64,000 nt of DNA from Desulfobacterales bacterium (lineage in GTDB: Bacteria; Desulfobacterota; Desulfobacteria; Desulfobacterales; UBA2174), in the NCBI GenBank assembly GCA_963668645.2, contig CAXXWC010000021.1:256001-320000 (forward strand). Direction: 5' to 3'. The stretch's first letter is position 1. Each line of letters starts with the position of its first letter. The notes beneath the pieces are model-generated. The model did no database searches. It saw nothing but the letters and a program-made list of their open reading frames with translations, and was not told where the DNA came from. The position numbers and the translations under genes are program-made. This document shows positions 19,032-29,526 of the stretch, in pieces.

Positions 19032-19652
19032 TCAGAGCGAAGCGCTTTCGCGGATCCGGCCTTCCAGCGCCTCGGCCTGGGACGCCAGCCGGTCCACGAT
19101 CTCGTTGGTCTGGGCCACAAAGACGGGGTCGGCCATGCTGGCCAGGTTGATGCGCACGTTGTAGACGGCTCCCAGAACCGCACTGCGGGCCATCAAGGCG
19201 GCCACCAGGGCGTCGGTTACCGTGTTCGGATTGCCGTCGCGCACCGCCACGGCGGCAAGATCGAGCACCTTACGGGCGTCCTGGGCCACTTCGAGGGGCA
19301 CTCGCGCCGCTCCGGCCATCGCCGCCTCGATCGCCTGGCGGCGGGCCTCTTTTTCGTCCTGGCTGGCCTTGGGCAGACGGTAGGCAGCCAGAACGGCTTC
19401 ATAGGCCGCGGCATCCCGGTCCACGGCCGCCGCAAGGCGCTCCTGGAGCACGGCCGCCTTCTGGGCCACCTCCTTCAGCCCGCCTTCCACGGCGGCAAAG
19501 CGGGGCCGGCCGATGGTAAAGGCGGTTACCATTTCGGTCAGGGCCGCAGCCAGGGTGGCGGCCAGGGCCGCCACGCATCCGCCCCCGGGCACGGCTTCAC
19601 CGGATGCGGTACGGGCGGCAAACTCCTGTATCGTCATATTCATCAGCGTCAT
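19032..19652 (-). CDS. Formiminotetrahydrofolate cyclodeaminase
   Basis: PGGG..AA, NTVTD and NVRINL motifs; hut context. Confidence 0.9.
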   Translation of the reverse strand: MTLMNMTIQEFAARTASGEAVPGGGCVAALAATLAAALTEMVTAFTIGRPRFAAVEGGLKEVAQKAAVLQERLAAAVDRDAAAYEAVLAAYRLPKASQDEKEARRQAIEAAMAGAARVPLEVAQDARKVLDLAAVAVRDGNPNTVTDALVAALMARSAVLGAVYNVRINLASMADPVFVAQTNEIVDRLASQAEALEGRIRESASL

Positions 19653-20923
19653 TGGGTTCTCCTTAACGATCCGGTCCGGTCGGAAACGACGGCGCCCTGT
19701 TTGACCACCATATCGACACAGTTCACGCCCACATGATAAGGAATGAAGCGATAAGATGGAAAATCGAGGATCACCAGATCCCCCCTCTTGCCCGCGTCCA
19801 GGCTGCCCACCGTCTCGGCCCGTCCCACGGCGGCCGCCCCGTTGATCGTCAGGGCGCTGACGATCTCTTCAGGTGTCAGTTGCATATACAGGGCCGCCAG
19901 GGCCGCTACCAGGGGAATCGACTGGCTGAAGCAGCTGCCCGGATTCAGATCGGTGGCCAGGGCCACGGCGCAACCCGCGTCGATCATGGCCCGGGCCCGG
20001 GCGTAGGATTCCTTGAGGCTGAAGGCGGTGACCGGCAGCACCGTGGCCACCACCCCGGCCGCGGCCAGGGCCGCGATCCCCGCATCCGAGGCCTGGAGCA
20101 GATGGTCGGCCGAAACCGCACCCAGTTCGGCGGCCAGTTCGGCGCCGCCGAGCTGGACAATCTCGTCGGCGTGCAGTTTGGCCCTCAGTCCGAGCTTTGC
20201 TGCGTGCTGCAACAGCCGGCGCGAGGCGGCCACCGAAAAGACGTTCTTTTCGCAGAACACGTCGCAAAAACAGGCCAGGCCCCGCGCCGCAACCTGCGGC
20301 AGGACCGCATCGCAGATAAAATCGATGTAATCGTCTTCCCGTCCCCGGTAGGCGGGCGGCAGCGCGTGGGCTCCGAGAAAGGTCGGCACGATGTCCACCG
20401 GATGGCTGCGATCGAGGGTCGCCATCACTTCGAGCTGCTTGAGCTCGGTATCGCAATCGAGGCCGTAGCCGCTCTTGCCCTCCACCGTGGTCACCCCGAA
20501 GGTGAGCATCGTGTCGAGGCGCCGCCGGGCGGCGGCAGCCAGATCCCCGGCCGTCGCGGCCCGGGTGGCCTCGACGGTGGACAGGATTCCGCCGCCGCGC
20601 TCCAGGATCGACATGTAGCTGACCCCCTGGAGGCGCCAGGAAAATTCCTCGGCCCGGTACCCGCCGAAGACGAAGTGGGTGTGGGAATCGACAAATCCGG
20701 GCAACACGGCCCGGCCGGCGGCATCGACCACCGTGTAGCCGGCCGTATCGCGCCCGGCCATCACTTCCGTGCTGGTCCCCACGGTGCGGATGATCCCGCC
20801 TTCGATCACCACGGCCCCGTCGGGAATCACCTGCAATTGGGCCATGGCACTGCCGGCCTTGGGACCGAAGCCGCTGCAGGTGACCAGTTCGGACGCGTTC
20901 TTGACGATCAGGTTTGCAGCCAT
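19649..20923 (-). CDS. hutI: Imidazolonepropionase
   Basis: DSHTH, EGKSGYGL, HADE, ADHL and TDLNPGS motifs. Confidence 0.95.
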   Translation of the reverse strand: MAANLIVKNASELVTCSGFGPKAGSAMAQLQVIPDGAVVIEGGIIRTVGTSTEVMAGRDTAGYTVVDAAGRAVLPGFVDSHTHFVFGGYRAEEFSWRLQGVSYMSILERGGGILSTVEATRAATAGDLAAAARRRLDTMLTFGVTTVEGKSGYGLDCDTELKQLEVMATLDRSHPVDIVPTFLGAHALPPAYRGREDDYIDFICDAVLPQVAARGLACFCDVFCEKNVFSVAASRRLLQHAAKLGLRAKLHADEIVQLGGAELAAELGAVSADHLLQASDAGIAALAAAGVVATVLPVTAFSLKESYARARAMIDAGCAVALATDLNPGSCFSQSIPLVAALAALYMQLTPEEIVSALTINGAAAVGRAETVGSLDAGKRGDLVILDFPSYRFIPYHVGVNCVDMVVKQGAVVSDRTGSLRRTQ

Positions 20924-20956
20924 CGCAATAGGGCTCCGTTGGAGAAATGAAAAATG

Positions 20957-21853
20957 TTATTCAAGCAGGTGGGATTCGATCACCTGGGCCTGATCGAAAC
21001 CTTCCAGTCCGAGGTAGTAAGCCGCCGTGTCGACCAGGGCCGCCATCGGCACCAACCCGACGATTTCGCTGCCGACCACCGGCACGCCGTAGCGCCGGGC
21101 CTCGATGCGGATCAGCTCCACCACCCGGTAAAGCGCTGTTTTCGAATAATCGGTCATGTTCATCGAGACCTGGACGATACCCCGCTCGGCCAGGGCCACC
21201 CCCATCGCCTTGCAGTAGCGCAGGCCCCCGCCGAGATGGCGCACCTGCCTGGCGATGCGGTCGGCCACCGTCAGGTCGGCCGTGCCCAGATTGACGTTGA
21301 AGGCTACCAACGGCGCTCGCGCGCCGACGGCCGTCACCCCGGCGGTGGGATGGGGTGCGGCCGGCCCGAAATCGGGCTGCCATTCGGGCTGCTGCAGCTT
21401 GGCGGCCATGGCTTCAAACTGCCCCCGGCGCACCTCGGCCAGGTTCTCGCGGGCCGGACTGCTCGCGGCCTTTTCGTAAAGGAAAATCGGCAGTGCAAAG
21501 CGTTCGGCGGCAGCCTCAGCCACCTTCCGGGCCAGGGCCACGGCCGCTTCCATGGTCATATCGCGGACCGGGACGAAGGGGACCACGTCCACGGCCCCCA
21601 TGCGCGGATGCTGGCCCTGGTGGCGGTTCATGTCGATGCAGGCCACCGCCTCGCCCATGGCGTCCAGCATGGCATCCGCCACGGCGTCCGGTGCTCCGAT
21701 GACCGTCACCACCATGCGGTTGTGGTCGGCGTCGTGCTGGCAGTCGAGCAACCTGACGCCCTCACGGTCGCGAAAGAGGTTGCTGATCCGGGCGATCTTT
21801 TCCAGGTCGCGGCCTTCACTGAAATTGGGGACACACTCGACGATCGCTGTCAT
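20957..21853 (-). CDS. ftcD: Glutamate formimidoyltransferase
   Basis: ECVPNFSEGR, DADHNR and HPRMGAVDVVPF motifs. Confidence 0.95.
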   Translation of the reverse strand: MTAIVECVPNFSEGRDLEKIARISNLFRDREGVRLLDCQHDADHNRMVVTVIGAPDAVADAMLDAMGEAVACIDMNRHQGQHPRMGAVDVVPFVPVRDMTMEAAVALARKVAEAAAERFALPIFLYEKAASSPARENLAEVRRGQFEAMAAKLQQPEWQPDFGPAAPHPTAGVTAVGARAPLVAFNVNLGTADLTVADRIARQVRHLGGGLRYCKAMGVALAERGIVQVSMNMTDYSKTALYRVVELIRIEARRYGVPVVGSEIVGLVPMAALVDTAAYYLGLEGFDQAQVIESHLLE

Positions 21854-21977
21854 GAATAGCCTCTTTTATTTCAGGCATGTAAAAATCCGATACGCCAGAT
21901 GCGGCGCCACGGTTTTAAGACCGTTACATTTCAGCGCAACAATCGATGGCAATGTTAATCTTGACTTAAAATGTACG

Positions 21978-21991
21978 GTTGCATATACAAC
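21978..21991. promoter_or_regulatory. HutC operator-like site between the divergent ftcD and hutC
   Basis: GTTGCATATACAAC, one mismatch from a TGTA-N2-TACA palindrome; TTGACT -35-like hexamer at 21961. Confidence 0.7.
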
Positions 21992-22028
21992 TTTGTAAAC
22001 ACCTGTCAACCCTAAGAGAGCGAATCCC

Positions 22029-22808
22029 ATGAGTCGACATTCAAAACTCTCGCCACTGCCCGGCAACGCTGCCAACGGCGTACCGCAACCCCTCTACGTC
22101 CAGGTCAAAGACCATATCCGCCAGATGATCAGCTCCGGTCAATGGCCGCCGCACCATCGTATTCCATCGGAAAATGAGATCGTCGCGGCCCTGGGCCTCT
22201 CGCGGATGACGGTGCATCGTGCCCTGCGCGAGCTGACCGCCGACGGCCAACTGGTGCGCCTGCAGGGGGTGGGCACGTTCGTAGCGCCGCCCCGGCCCCT
22301 GTCGGCCCTTATGGAGATCCGCAGCATCTCGGACGAAATCGCCGATATGGGCGGCCTGCATTGCTGCGAGGTGCTGCTGCTGCAATCTGAAACGGCGACG
22401 AGCGCTGTGGCCAGGGTGCTCGGCATCGGCCAGGGAGACACGGTGTTTCATTCACGCCTGCTGCACAAGGACCGCGATCAACCCATCCAATTGGCCGAAC
22501 GCTGGGTCAACCCGGCTGCCGCCCCGGACTATCTTGACCAGGATTTTACCTGTGAAACCCCCAGCGCCTACCTGTGCCGCGTGTCACCGGTTACCGAGGC
22601 CGAACACGTCATCGAGGCAAGACTGCCCGATGCGGACACGGCTCGTCTGCTGTGCATGCAAAAGAACGAACCTTGCCTCGTCATGCGCCGCACGATCTGG
22701 TCAGTCGAAATGGTGGCCTCCCTGTCGCGCTTCACCTACCCGGGCAGCCGCTATCGGCTCGCCGGCCGTTTTCAGCCCCAGCAGGCCTCGAACCGCTTCC
22801 TGGCCTGA
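22029..22808 (+). CDS. hutC: Histidine utilisation repressor (GntR HTH plus UTRA)
   Basis: PLYVQVK, IPSENE, SRMTVHRAL and GVGTFV motifs; hut context. Confidence 0.93.
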   Translation: MSRHSKLSPLPGNAANGVPQPLYVQVKDHIRQMISSGQWPPHHRIPSENEIVAALGLSRMTVHRALRELTADGQLVRLQGVGTFVAPPRPLSALMEIRSISDEIADMGGLHCCEVLLLQSETATSAVARVLGIGQGDTVFHSRLLHKDRDQPIQLAERWVNPAAAPDYLDQDFTCETPSAYLCRVSPVTEAEHVIEARLPDADTARLLCMQKNEPCLVMRRTIWSVEMVASLSRFTYPGSRYRLAGRFQPQQASNRFLA

Positions 22809-22833
22809 GGCCGATCGCCCGCCGGTGCTGTGC

Positions 22834-22861
22834 GGCGTCCATCAATAAATCGATGGACGCC
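22834..22861. terminator. Hairpin between convergent hutC and hutU
   Basis: GGCGTCCATC-N8-GATGGACGCC, a 10-bp stem. Confidence 0.55.
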
Positions 22862-22884
22862 CGCGTCCGGCCTTCTTCAGATGG

Positions 22885-24915
22885 TTATTTTCCCCCAACC
22901 AGGGAATTGATCAGTTCTTCGTCAGGTATGAAGGGCAGCGTGATGTGATCCTGCCCCTGGCGTTCCTGGTTGTAGTCCGCACCGGTCTCCACCGCATGGG
23001 GATTGCGCGCCCAGGCCCGCCGGGCCACCCCCACCATCACGTCCCAGGCCATGGCGCTACGGATGACGCTGTCGATGCGCGCGCTGCCGTCGAGCACCAG
23101 GCCGAATCCGCCGTTGATCGCATTGCCGATGCCCACGCCACCGCCGTTGTGCAGGGCCACCAAGCTCATTCCTCGCGCCGCGTTGCCCGCAAAGCAGTGA
23201 GTGGCCATGTCGGCCATGATGTTGCTGCCGTCGTAAACGTTGGCCGTTTCACGGAAAGGCGAATCGGTGCCGCCGGTGTCGTGATGGTCACGACCGAGCA
23301 TCACCGGTCCGATCTTGCCGCGCCGCACCAGTTCGTTGAAGGCCAGAGCGATGCGCATGCGCCCAGCCGCGTCCTGGTACAAGATCCGCGACTGGGTACC
23401 GACCACCATGCGGTTCTTTTCCGCATCGCGCACCCATGTCCAGTTGTCGCGGTCCTGAAAACGCCGCTCGGGGTCGATGCGGGCCATGGCCGCCTGATCC
23501 GTGCAGCGCAGATCTTCGGGTTTGCCACTGAGGCAGACCCAGCGAAACGGCCCGTAGCCGTAGTCAAAGAGCAGCGGCCCCATGATGTCCTCGACATAGG
23601 ACGGAAAGATAAAACCGTCCAGGGTGTCACGCCCGTTCTTGCTGATCTGGGTCACCCCGGCGTCGAAGACCGCCTTCATGAAGCTGTTGCCGTAGTCGAA
23701 AAAGTAGGTGCCGCGCTCGACCAGGATCTGGATCAGTTCGAAGTGGCGCCGCAGAGAGGCGTCGACCATGGCGGCGAACCGGCCGTGATCGCTACGCAGC
23801 ATCTCGGTGCGCTGGGCGAAAGTAAGCCCCTGGGGGCAGTAGCCCCCGTCGTAGGCCACATGGCAGGAGGTCTGGTCCGAGAGCAGCTCGATGGTTTCTT
23901 GATGGTCCACGGCGTACTGCAACAGATCGACCACGTTGCCCAAAAAGGCGATGGCCCGCGCTTCGTTGCGGGCCTGGCATTCTCGCGCCCGGGCAAAGAC
24001 GGCCGCCGGGTCCTCGATCACCTCGTCCACCCAGCCCTGGTCGCGGCGCGTGGCGATGCGCGACGGATCGACCTCGGCGATGATGGCAACCCCGCCGGCG
24101 ATCTTGGCCGCCTTGCCCTGGGCCCCGCTCATGCCGCCCAGGCCTGAGGAGACGAACAGCGCGCCGTTCATATCTCCGCTGTCCTTGCCGCCACGTTTGA
24201 TGCGGCAGGCGTTGAGCACCGTGTTGTATGTGCCGTGAACAATCCCCTGGGGGCCGATATACATCCAGCCGCCGGCGGTCATCTGGCCGTAGTTGGCCAC
24301 GCCCAGGGCCGCGGCCCGGTGCCAGTTTTCCTGGTCATCGTAGAGCCCGATCATCAGCCCGTTGGAGAGGATCACCCGCGGGGCCGCCGGATTGGAAGCA
24401 AAGAGCCCCAAGGGATGGCCCGAGAAGAGCGCCAGGGTCTGGTCGGTGGTCATCACCTCTAGGTAGCGTTTGATCAACCGGTACTGCATCCAGTTCTGGC
24501 AGACTTGGCCGGTTTCGCCGTAGGTAACCAGTTCGTAGGGGTAGAGCGCCACGTCGAAGTCGAGGTTGTTGTCGATCATCACCTGAAAGGCGCGCCCTTC
24601 GATGCAGCGGCCCTCATAGCTTTCGATGGGGCGTCCCTTGATGTGGCCCGCCGGGCGGAAGCGGTAGGCGTAGACGCGCCCCCTGGTGCGCAACTCTTCG
24701 AGAAACTCGGGGGCCAGTTCGGCGTGCCAGGCTTCGGGCACGTAGCGCAGGGCGTTTTTCAGCGCCAGGGCCGTATCGGCGGCATTGAGCTTGAACTCGC
24801 GCTTGGGCGCGCGCCGGATCCCCTCGGCAAAGGGCGGGGCCGGCGGCGGGAGACTGTCGAAGATTTCATCGAGCCGGATGGTCATGGCTGCGGCGATCTG
24901 GTTGTTGGTGAGCAT
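22885..24915 (-). CDS. hutU: Urocanate hydratase, long (~676 aa) form
   Basis: YGQMTAGGWMYIGPQGIVHGT, GLGGMSGAQ, DQTSCH, GRDHHD and HNGGGVG motifs; RBS AAGGAGG. Confidence 0.96.
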   Translation of the reverse strand: MLTNNQIAAAMTIRLDEIFDSLPPPAPPFAEGIRRAPKREFKLNAADTALALKNALRYVPEAWHAELAPEFLEELRTRGRVYAYRFRPAGHIKGRPIESYEGRCIEGRAFQVMIDNNLDFDVALYPYELVTYGETGQVCQNWMQYRLIKRYLEVMTTDQTLALFSGHPLGLFASNPAAPRVILSNGLMIGLYDDQENWHRAAALGVANYGQMTAGGWMYIGPQGIVHGTYNTVLNACRIKRGGKDSGDMNGALFVSSGLGGMSGAQGKAAKIAGGVAIIAEVDPSRIATRRDQGWVDEVIEDPAAVFARARECQARNEARAIAFLGNVVDLLQYAVDHQETIELLSDQTSCHVAYDGGYCPQGLTFAQRTEMLRSDHGRFAAMVDASLRRHFELIQILVERGTYFFDYGNSFMKAVFDAGVTQISKNGRDTLDGFIFPSYVEDIMGPLLFDYGYGPFRWVCLSGKPEDLRCTDQAAMARIDPERRFQDRDNWTWVRDAEKNRMVVGTQSRILYQDAAGRMRIALAFNELVRRGKIGPVMLGRDHHDTGGTDSPFRETANVYDGSNIMADMATHCFAGNAARGMSLVALHNGGGVGIGNAINGGFGLVLDGSARIDSVIRSAMAWDVMVGVARRAWARNPHAVETGADYNQERQGQDHITLPFIPDEELINSLVGGK

Positions 24916-24976
24916 GGGGTTACCTCCTTGGCGGGCCGCGCCCGCTGTCGACACGACCGCGCGATAACAAGAATTT

Positions 24977-26170
24977 CTAGATCACGCCTGCGGCATGCAG
25001 GTTATCAAGCCGCCGGGCGTCGTAGCCGAGCAGTTCGCCCAGCACCTGATCGGTGTCCTGGCCCAACAGCGGCGACGGGCCCTGGATCTGCGCCGGGGTG
25101 TCGGAAAACTTCACCGGCAGGGCCGGCAGGCGCACCGTGCCGGCCACCGGGTGATCCACGTCTGTCAGCATTTCGCGCACCCGGATATGTTCGCTTTCAG
25201 CCACCTGACCGATATCGAGAATCGGCGAGACCGGAATCTTGTAACGCTCCAGGTGGGCTACCACCTGGGCCACGGTGCGCGAAGCGGCCCAGGCTTCGAT
25301 GATCTGCTTGAGTTCTGCCGCGGCATCGGGACGGCCGCGCCGGGTGTCGCTGGAAAACTCCGGCCGTGCTGCCAACTCGGGCATCTCCATGGCCTGGCAG
25401 AGACGATGGAAGGCCGTGTTTTCGAAAGTGGCCACCACGAAATGGCCGTCGGCAGCCCTGAAGGCATCGTACGGGTAGCTGGTCGGATGGCGGCTGCCGA
25501 CCCGGCCGGGAACCTGGCCGTTGCCCAGGTACTGAAACAACGCCATCTCCAGCAGCGAGAAGATCGAGTCGACCATGGCCACGTCGATGCGTTGGCCGGT
25601 ACCGCTGCGCTGCCGGGCGAACAGGGCACTGACCACGGCAAAGGCGGTGTAGAGCGCGGTGGAGGTATCGCCCAGCGACACACCGACGCGCGTGGGGGGC
25701 CGGTCGGCCGGACCGTTGATGCTCATGATTCCGCCCATGGCCTGGGCGATCAGATCGAAGGCCGGCCGTTGGGAGAGCGGCCCCTGCTGGCCGAAACCGG
25801 AAATCGAGGCGTAGATCAACCGCGGATTGATCGCCCTGAGGCCCTCCCAGTCGAGCCCGAGCCGGTCCATCACGCCGGGACGGAAATTTTCCACCAGCAC
25901 GTCGCTGACCGCGGCCAGTTCCTTGAGCACCGCGACGCCCTTGGGATCCTTGAAGTTGAGCGTAATGCCCTTCTTGCCGCGGTTGAGCGACATGAAGTAG
26001 TAGCTCTCACCGTTGACCGCCACCGACGGCTCGCGGGCCATGTCCCCGCCGTCGGGGTTCTCCACCTTGATCACTTCGGCGCCCAGATCAGCCAGCATGG
26101 CGGTACAAAACGGACCACTGAGCACCCGGGTCAGATCCAGGACCCGTATCCCTTCCAAAGCCTTTGGCAT
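24977..26170 (-). CDS. Class III CoA-transferase (CaiB/BaiF family)
   Basis: LEGIRVLDLTRVLSGP, LNRGKK and ENFRPG motifs, plus the catalytic-position Asp in SLGD. Confidence 0.93.
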   Translation of the reverse strand: MPKALEGIRVLDLTRVLSGPFCTAMLADLGAEVIKVENPDGGDMAREPSVAVNGESYYFMSLNRGKKGITLNFKDPKGVAVLKELAAVSDVLVENFRPGVMDRLGLDWEGLRAINPRLIYASISGFGQQGPLSQRPAFDLIAQAMGGIMSINGPADRPPTRVGVSLGDTSTALYTAFAVVSALFARQRSGTGQRIDVAMVDSIFSLLEMALFQYLGNGQVPGRVGSRHPTSYPYDAFRAADGHFVVATFENTAFHRLCQAMEMPELAARPEFSSDTRRGRPDAAAELKQIIEAWAASRTVAQVVAHLERYKIPVSPILDIGQVAESEHIRVREMLTDVDHPVAGTVRLPALPVKFSDTPAQIQGPSPLLGQDTDQVLGELLGYDARRLDNLHAAGVI

Positions 26171-26212
26171 GTATACTCCTTAGTTTCTGGAAAGCGTTGC
26201 GCGACTTGAGGC

Positions 26213-26920
26213 CTACCCGCCCAGATAGGCCTGGCGCACCTGGTTGTTGTTCATCAATGCGGCGCTGTCGCCGGCCTCCACGATGCGGCCGTTTTCGAGC
26301 AGGTAGCCCCGGTGGGCGACCTCCAGGGCCTTTTTGGCGTTTTGCTCAATGAGCAAAATGGCGATGTTTTCGGCCACCAGGTCGCGCACCATGGAAAAAA
26401 GCCGCGAAACGAGTACCGGCATCAGCCCCAGGCTCATCTCGTCGATGAGCAGCAGGCGCGGGGCGGCCATGAGACAGCGCGAAATCGCCAGCATCTGCTG
26501 CTCGCCCCCGCTCAGGGTGCCGGCCAATTGGCGGGCACGGGCCTGAAGGCGCGGAAAAAACGTATAAACCCGCTCCATGTCAGTACCGATACGCGCGTCC
26601 CGGCGGGCAAAAGCCCCCATGCGGATATTCTCCTCGACCGTCAGATCGCGGAAGACCCGCGCGCCTTCAGGTACGTAGGCGATTCCGTGGCGCACCCGGT
26701 CCCAGGCCGGGGTGCGGGCCAGATCGACATCCCCCAGGCGCAACGTGCCACTGCGGATCGGCAGCAACCCCATGATCGCCTTGACCAGGGTCGTCTTGCC
26801 GGCGCCGTTGCTCCCGATCACCGTGACCAGTTCACCTGCGCCCACCGTTAGCGATACCCGGTCCAGAGCCTGGATTTTGCCGTAATAGACCGAAACCTCA
26901 TTCACATCGAGCATAGTCAT
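26213..26920 (-). CDS. ABC transporter ATP-binding protein, LivF-like
   Basis: GSNGAGKT and LSGGEQQ motifs. Confidence 0.93.
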   Translation of the reverse strand: MTMLDVNEVSVYYGKIQALDRVSLTVGAGELVTVIGSNGAGKTTLVKAIMGLLPIRSGTLRLGDVDLARTPAWDRVRHGIAYVPEGARVFRDLTVEENIRMGAFARRDARIGTDMERVYTFFPRLQARARQLAGTLSGGEQQMLAISRCLMAAPRLLLIDEMSLGLMPVLVSRLFSMVRDLVAENIAILLIEQNAKKALEVAHRGYLLENGRIVEAGDSAALMNNNQVRQAYLGG

Positions 26921-27662
26921 GGTCTTTCCCCAGATAGGCTTCGATCACGCAGGCGTTCTGCTGGACTTCCTGCGGCCGGCCCTCACAGATCAACTGCCCA
27001 TGGTCCAGAACGTAAATCCGTTCGGATACCTCCATGGCCACGCGCATGTTGTGTTCGATGAGCATCACCGCCATGCCCTGGGCCTTGAGGCGCCGGATCA
27101 GTTCGATCAGCCCGAGCGATTCCTCGTGGGTCAACCCGGCGGCCGATTCATCCAGCAGTATGATCTGCGGCGCCAGAGCCAGGGCACGGGCGATCTCCAT
27201 GCGCCGTTGCAAGGCCAGTCCGAGGTCGCGGGCCGAACGTTCGGCGTAGGCGGACAGGCCGACCATTTCGAGAAGCTCCATGGCCCGTGCCACGTTCCGC
27301 GCCCGTTTGTAGTAGCCGAAGCAGCCCCACGCGTCGTAAAACCCGACCCCATAGGCCAGCAGCACGTTCTGCAGCACGGTCATGTCCAGAAACGGCTGGC
27401 AGACCTGGAAAGTCCGGCCGATGCCGAGCCGGGCGATGCGGTGTGGGCGGCTGCCCTCGATCGGCTCGCCTTTGAGGCGGATCGTTCCGGCGCTGGGAGC
27501 GAATACGCCGCTGATCAGGTTGAACAGCGTCGTCTTGCCGGCGCCGTTGGGGCCGATCACCCCAAGGATCTCCCGGGGGTTGAGGGTCATATCGACGTCG
27601 GTCAGGGCCTTGAGCCCGCCGAAGCGCTTCGACACCCCTTGAATTTCGAAAAACGGTGCCAC
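26898..27662 (-). CDS. ABC transporter ATP-binding protein, LivG-like
   Basis: GPNGAGKT, LLDE.AAG and EAYLG motifs. Confidence 0.93.
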   Translation of the reverse strand: MAPFFEIQGVSKRFGGLKALTDVDMTLNPREILGVIGPNGAGKTTLFNLISGVFAPSAGTIRLKGEPIEGSRPHRIARLGIGRTFQVCQPFLDMTVLQNVLLAYGVGFYDAWGCFGYYKRARNVARAMELLEMVGLSAYAERSARDLGLALQRRMEIARALALAPQIILLDESAAGLTHEESLGLIELIRRLKAQGMAVMLIEHNMRVAMEVSERIYVLDHGQLICEGRPQEVQQNACVIEAYLGKDHDYARCE

Positions 27663-27671
27663 GCAAACCTC

Positions 27672-28550
27672 CTATCGGGCGCGCAGGCCGGCCAGGCGCT
27701 GGACGATGAAGCTGTCCTTGCCGAACAGACCCTGAGGCTGAAACATCATGATCAGCACCAGCAGCAATCCGTACGTCAACATGCGGTAATCCTGGATAAA
27801 ACGCAGGTACTCGGGCAACAGAGTCAGAATGACGGCGCCGAGCACAGGCCCGCGGATGGTTCCCAGACCGCCGAAAACCGCCAGGGTCAGGATCTGAATC
27901 GAAAGGGGAAACCCGAAGTCGTACGGAGTGATGAAGAGCAGAAAATGGGCGTAGAGCGACCCGGCCAGCCCGGCGATGGCGGTACTGACCACGAAGGCCA
28001 GGATCTTGAAACGGGCCACGTTGACACCCATCACCTCGGCCACCTCCTGGGCGTCGCGCACCCCTCGCCAGGCGATGCCGATCCATGAACGCTGCAACCA
28101 CCAGACCAGCGCGATCACCAGGATCACCAGCACGATGCAAAAGACCAGGTAGCCGCTGCGATCCAGTTCGGCACCGAAAAGCTGAGGCACGGGAATTCCC
28201 CCCATCCCGAGGGCCTTGCCGAAGTACGGCGCATAGAGCAAAAAGCCGACCACGATGAAGTTGAAGCCCATGGTGGTGATGGCCAGAAAATCTTCCTTGA
28301 GGCGCAGCGAGACGAGCCCGAGCACCAGCCCCACCGCCGCGGTGCACAGCACGGCCAGGGGCATGGCGGCCCAAACGCTCAACCCGGCCTGAACCGTAAA
28401 CATGGCCGAGGCATAGGCCCCGATGGCCATAAAGCCCGCATGACCCAGTGAAACCTGCCCGGCGTAGCCCGACAGAACCCCGATGGAAAGGGCCAGCAGC
28501 ACGTTGATGCAGATGAAGGTGGCGATGGTCATGTAGTAGGGAGGTATCAT
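27672..28550 (-). CDS. ABC transporter permease, LivM-like
   Basis: GYAGQVSLGHAGF and GGLGTIRGP motifs; start at ATG 28550 (MIPPYY). Confidence 0.9.
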   Translation of the reverse strand: MIPPYYMTIATFICINVLLALSIGVLSGYAGQVSLGHAGFMAIGAYASAMFTVQAGLSVWAAMPLAVLCTAAVGLVLGLVSLRLKEDFLAITTMGFNFIVVGFLLYAPYFGKALGMGGIPVPQLFGAELDRSGYLVFCIVLVILVIALVWWLQRSWIGIAWRGVRDAQEVAEVMGVNVARFKILAFVVSTAIAGLAGSLYAHFLLFITPYDFGFPLSIQILTLAVFGGLGTIRGPVLGAVILTLLPEYLRFIQDYRMLTYGLLLVLIMMFQPQGLFGKDSFIVQRLAGLRAR

Positions 28551-28552
28551 AT

Positions 28553-29425
28553 TCACCCCTGCGACCGTTTTCCCATCACGCCCGAAGGCATGAGAATCAG
28601 TACGGCGATCATGCAGATAAAGGCAATGGCATCGCGCGGCAGAAAGTAACCCCAGTAGCCGATGATAAAGGTCTCGGCGATGCCGAGCAAAAACGAGGCG
28701 ATCACGGTGCCGGTGACGTTGCCCAGGCCGCCGAGAACCATGACCACGAAGACCTTGTAGGCCCACACTTCGCCCATGTTGGCATTGACCGCACCGTAGT
28801 AGAGCCCCACCAGCACCCCGGCCACCCCGGCCAGAGCCGAGCCGAACATGAAGTTGAGCCCGAAAAAGGCGTTGGCGTTGACCCCGATACCCATGGAGAC
28901 CTCGCGGTCCTGGGCCGAGGCGCGCCAGGCCAGACCGGTGCGCGAACGGTTGACCACCAGCCACACGGCGGCCAACAGGACGACGGCGCATCCGATGACC
29001 AGAAGCTGGGACGCCGTGATGCGGCATACCCCCAGCGACAGGCTCACATCTGCGAAAGGCACCTTGAAGGAGTGTGAGTAGGGCCCGACGATCAGCCGGT
29101 AGGCGTCTCCCAGGGCGGTGAACATGCCGATGCCCACGATGAGGGGAATCAGCGGCTTTTCGTCCTGAACCCGGCGATACATCAGCCGGTAGAGCAGGTC
29201 GCCCATCACGGCGCAGCCTACCGCCGCTGCGATAAAGGCCAGGGCCAGGCTGCCGGTGGCCCGGTAGGTCCCCAGCCCCAGCAGGGCCCCGAGAACATAG
29301 ACTCCCGCGTGGGCCACATGCAGGATCTTGAGCAGCCCGTAGACCATCGTCATGCCGATGGATATCAGGGCATAGAGGCTGCCCAGAGTGGCAGCGGTGA
29401 CCAGATTTTCGAAAAACGTTCCCAC
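28553..29425 (-). CDS. ABC transporter permease, LivH-like
   Basis: GSLYALISIGMTMVYG and GGLGN motifs; hydrophobic. Confidence 0.9.
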   Translation of the reverse strand: MGTFFENLVTAATLGSLYALISIGMTMVYGLLKILHVAHAGVYVLGALLGLGTYRATGSLALAFIAAAVGCAVMGDLLYRLMYRRVQDEKPLIPLIVGIGMFTALGDAYRLIVGPYSHSFKVPFADVSLSLGVCRITASQLLVIGCAVVLLAAVWLVVNRSRTGLAWRASAQDREVSMGIGVNANAFFGLNFMFGSALAGVAGVLVGLYYGAVNANMGEVWAYKVFVVMVLGGLGNVTGTVIASFLLGIAETFIIGYWGYFLPRDAIAFICMIAVLILMPSGVMGKRSQG

Positions 29426-29526
29426 GGCTCTTGCCTCCTGCTCGTTTAGGAGCGGCTGGCGGCAGGATCGGCGCCATTGTCCGAGGCCGCCGCCACGGCC
29501 GGCCCCGGACGGCCTACCGACTTGTC

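Noticed and set aside
27672..29477. 601-aa permease fusion in the ORF track
   Set aside because: The N-terminal half is an off-frame overlap of the LivH-like gene; the real LivM-like gene starts at 28550.
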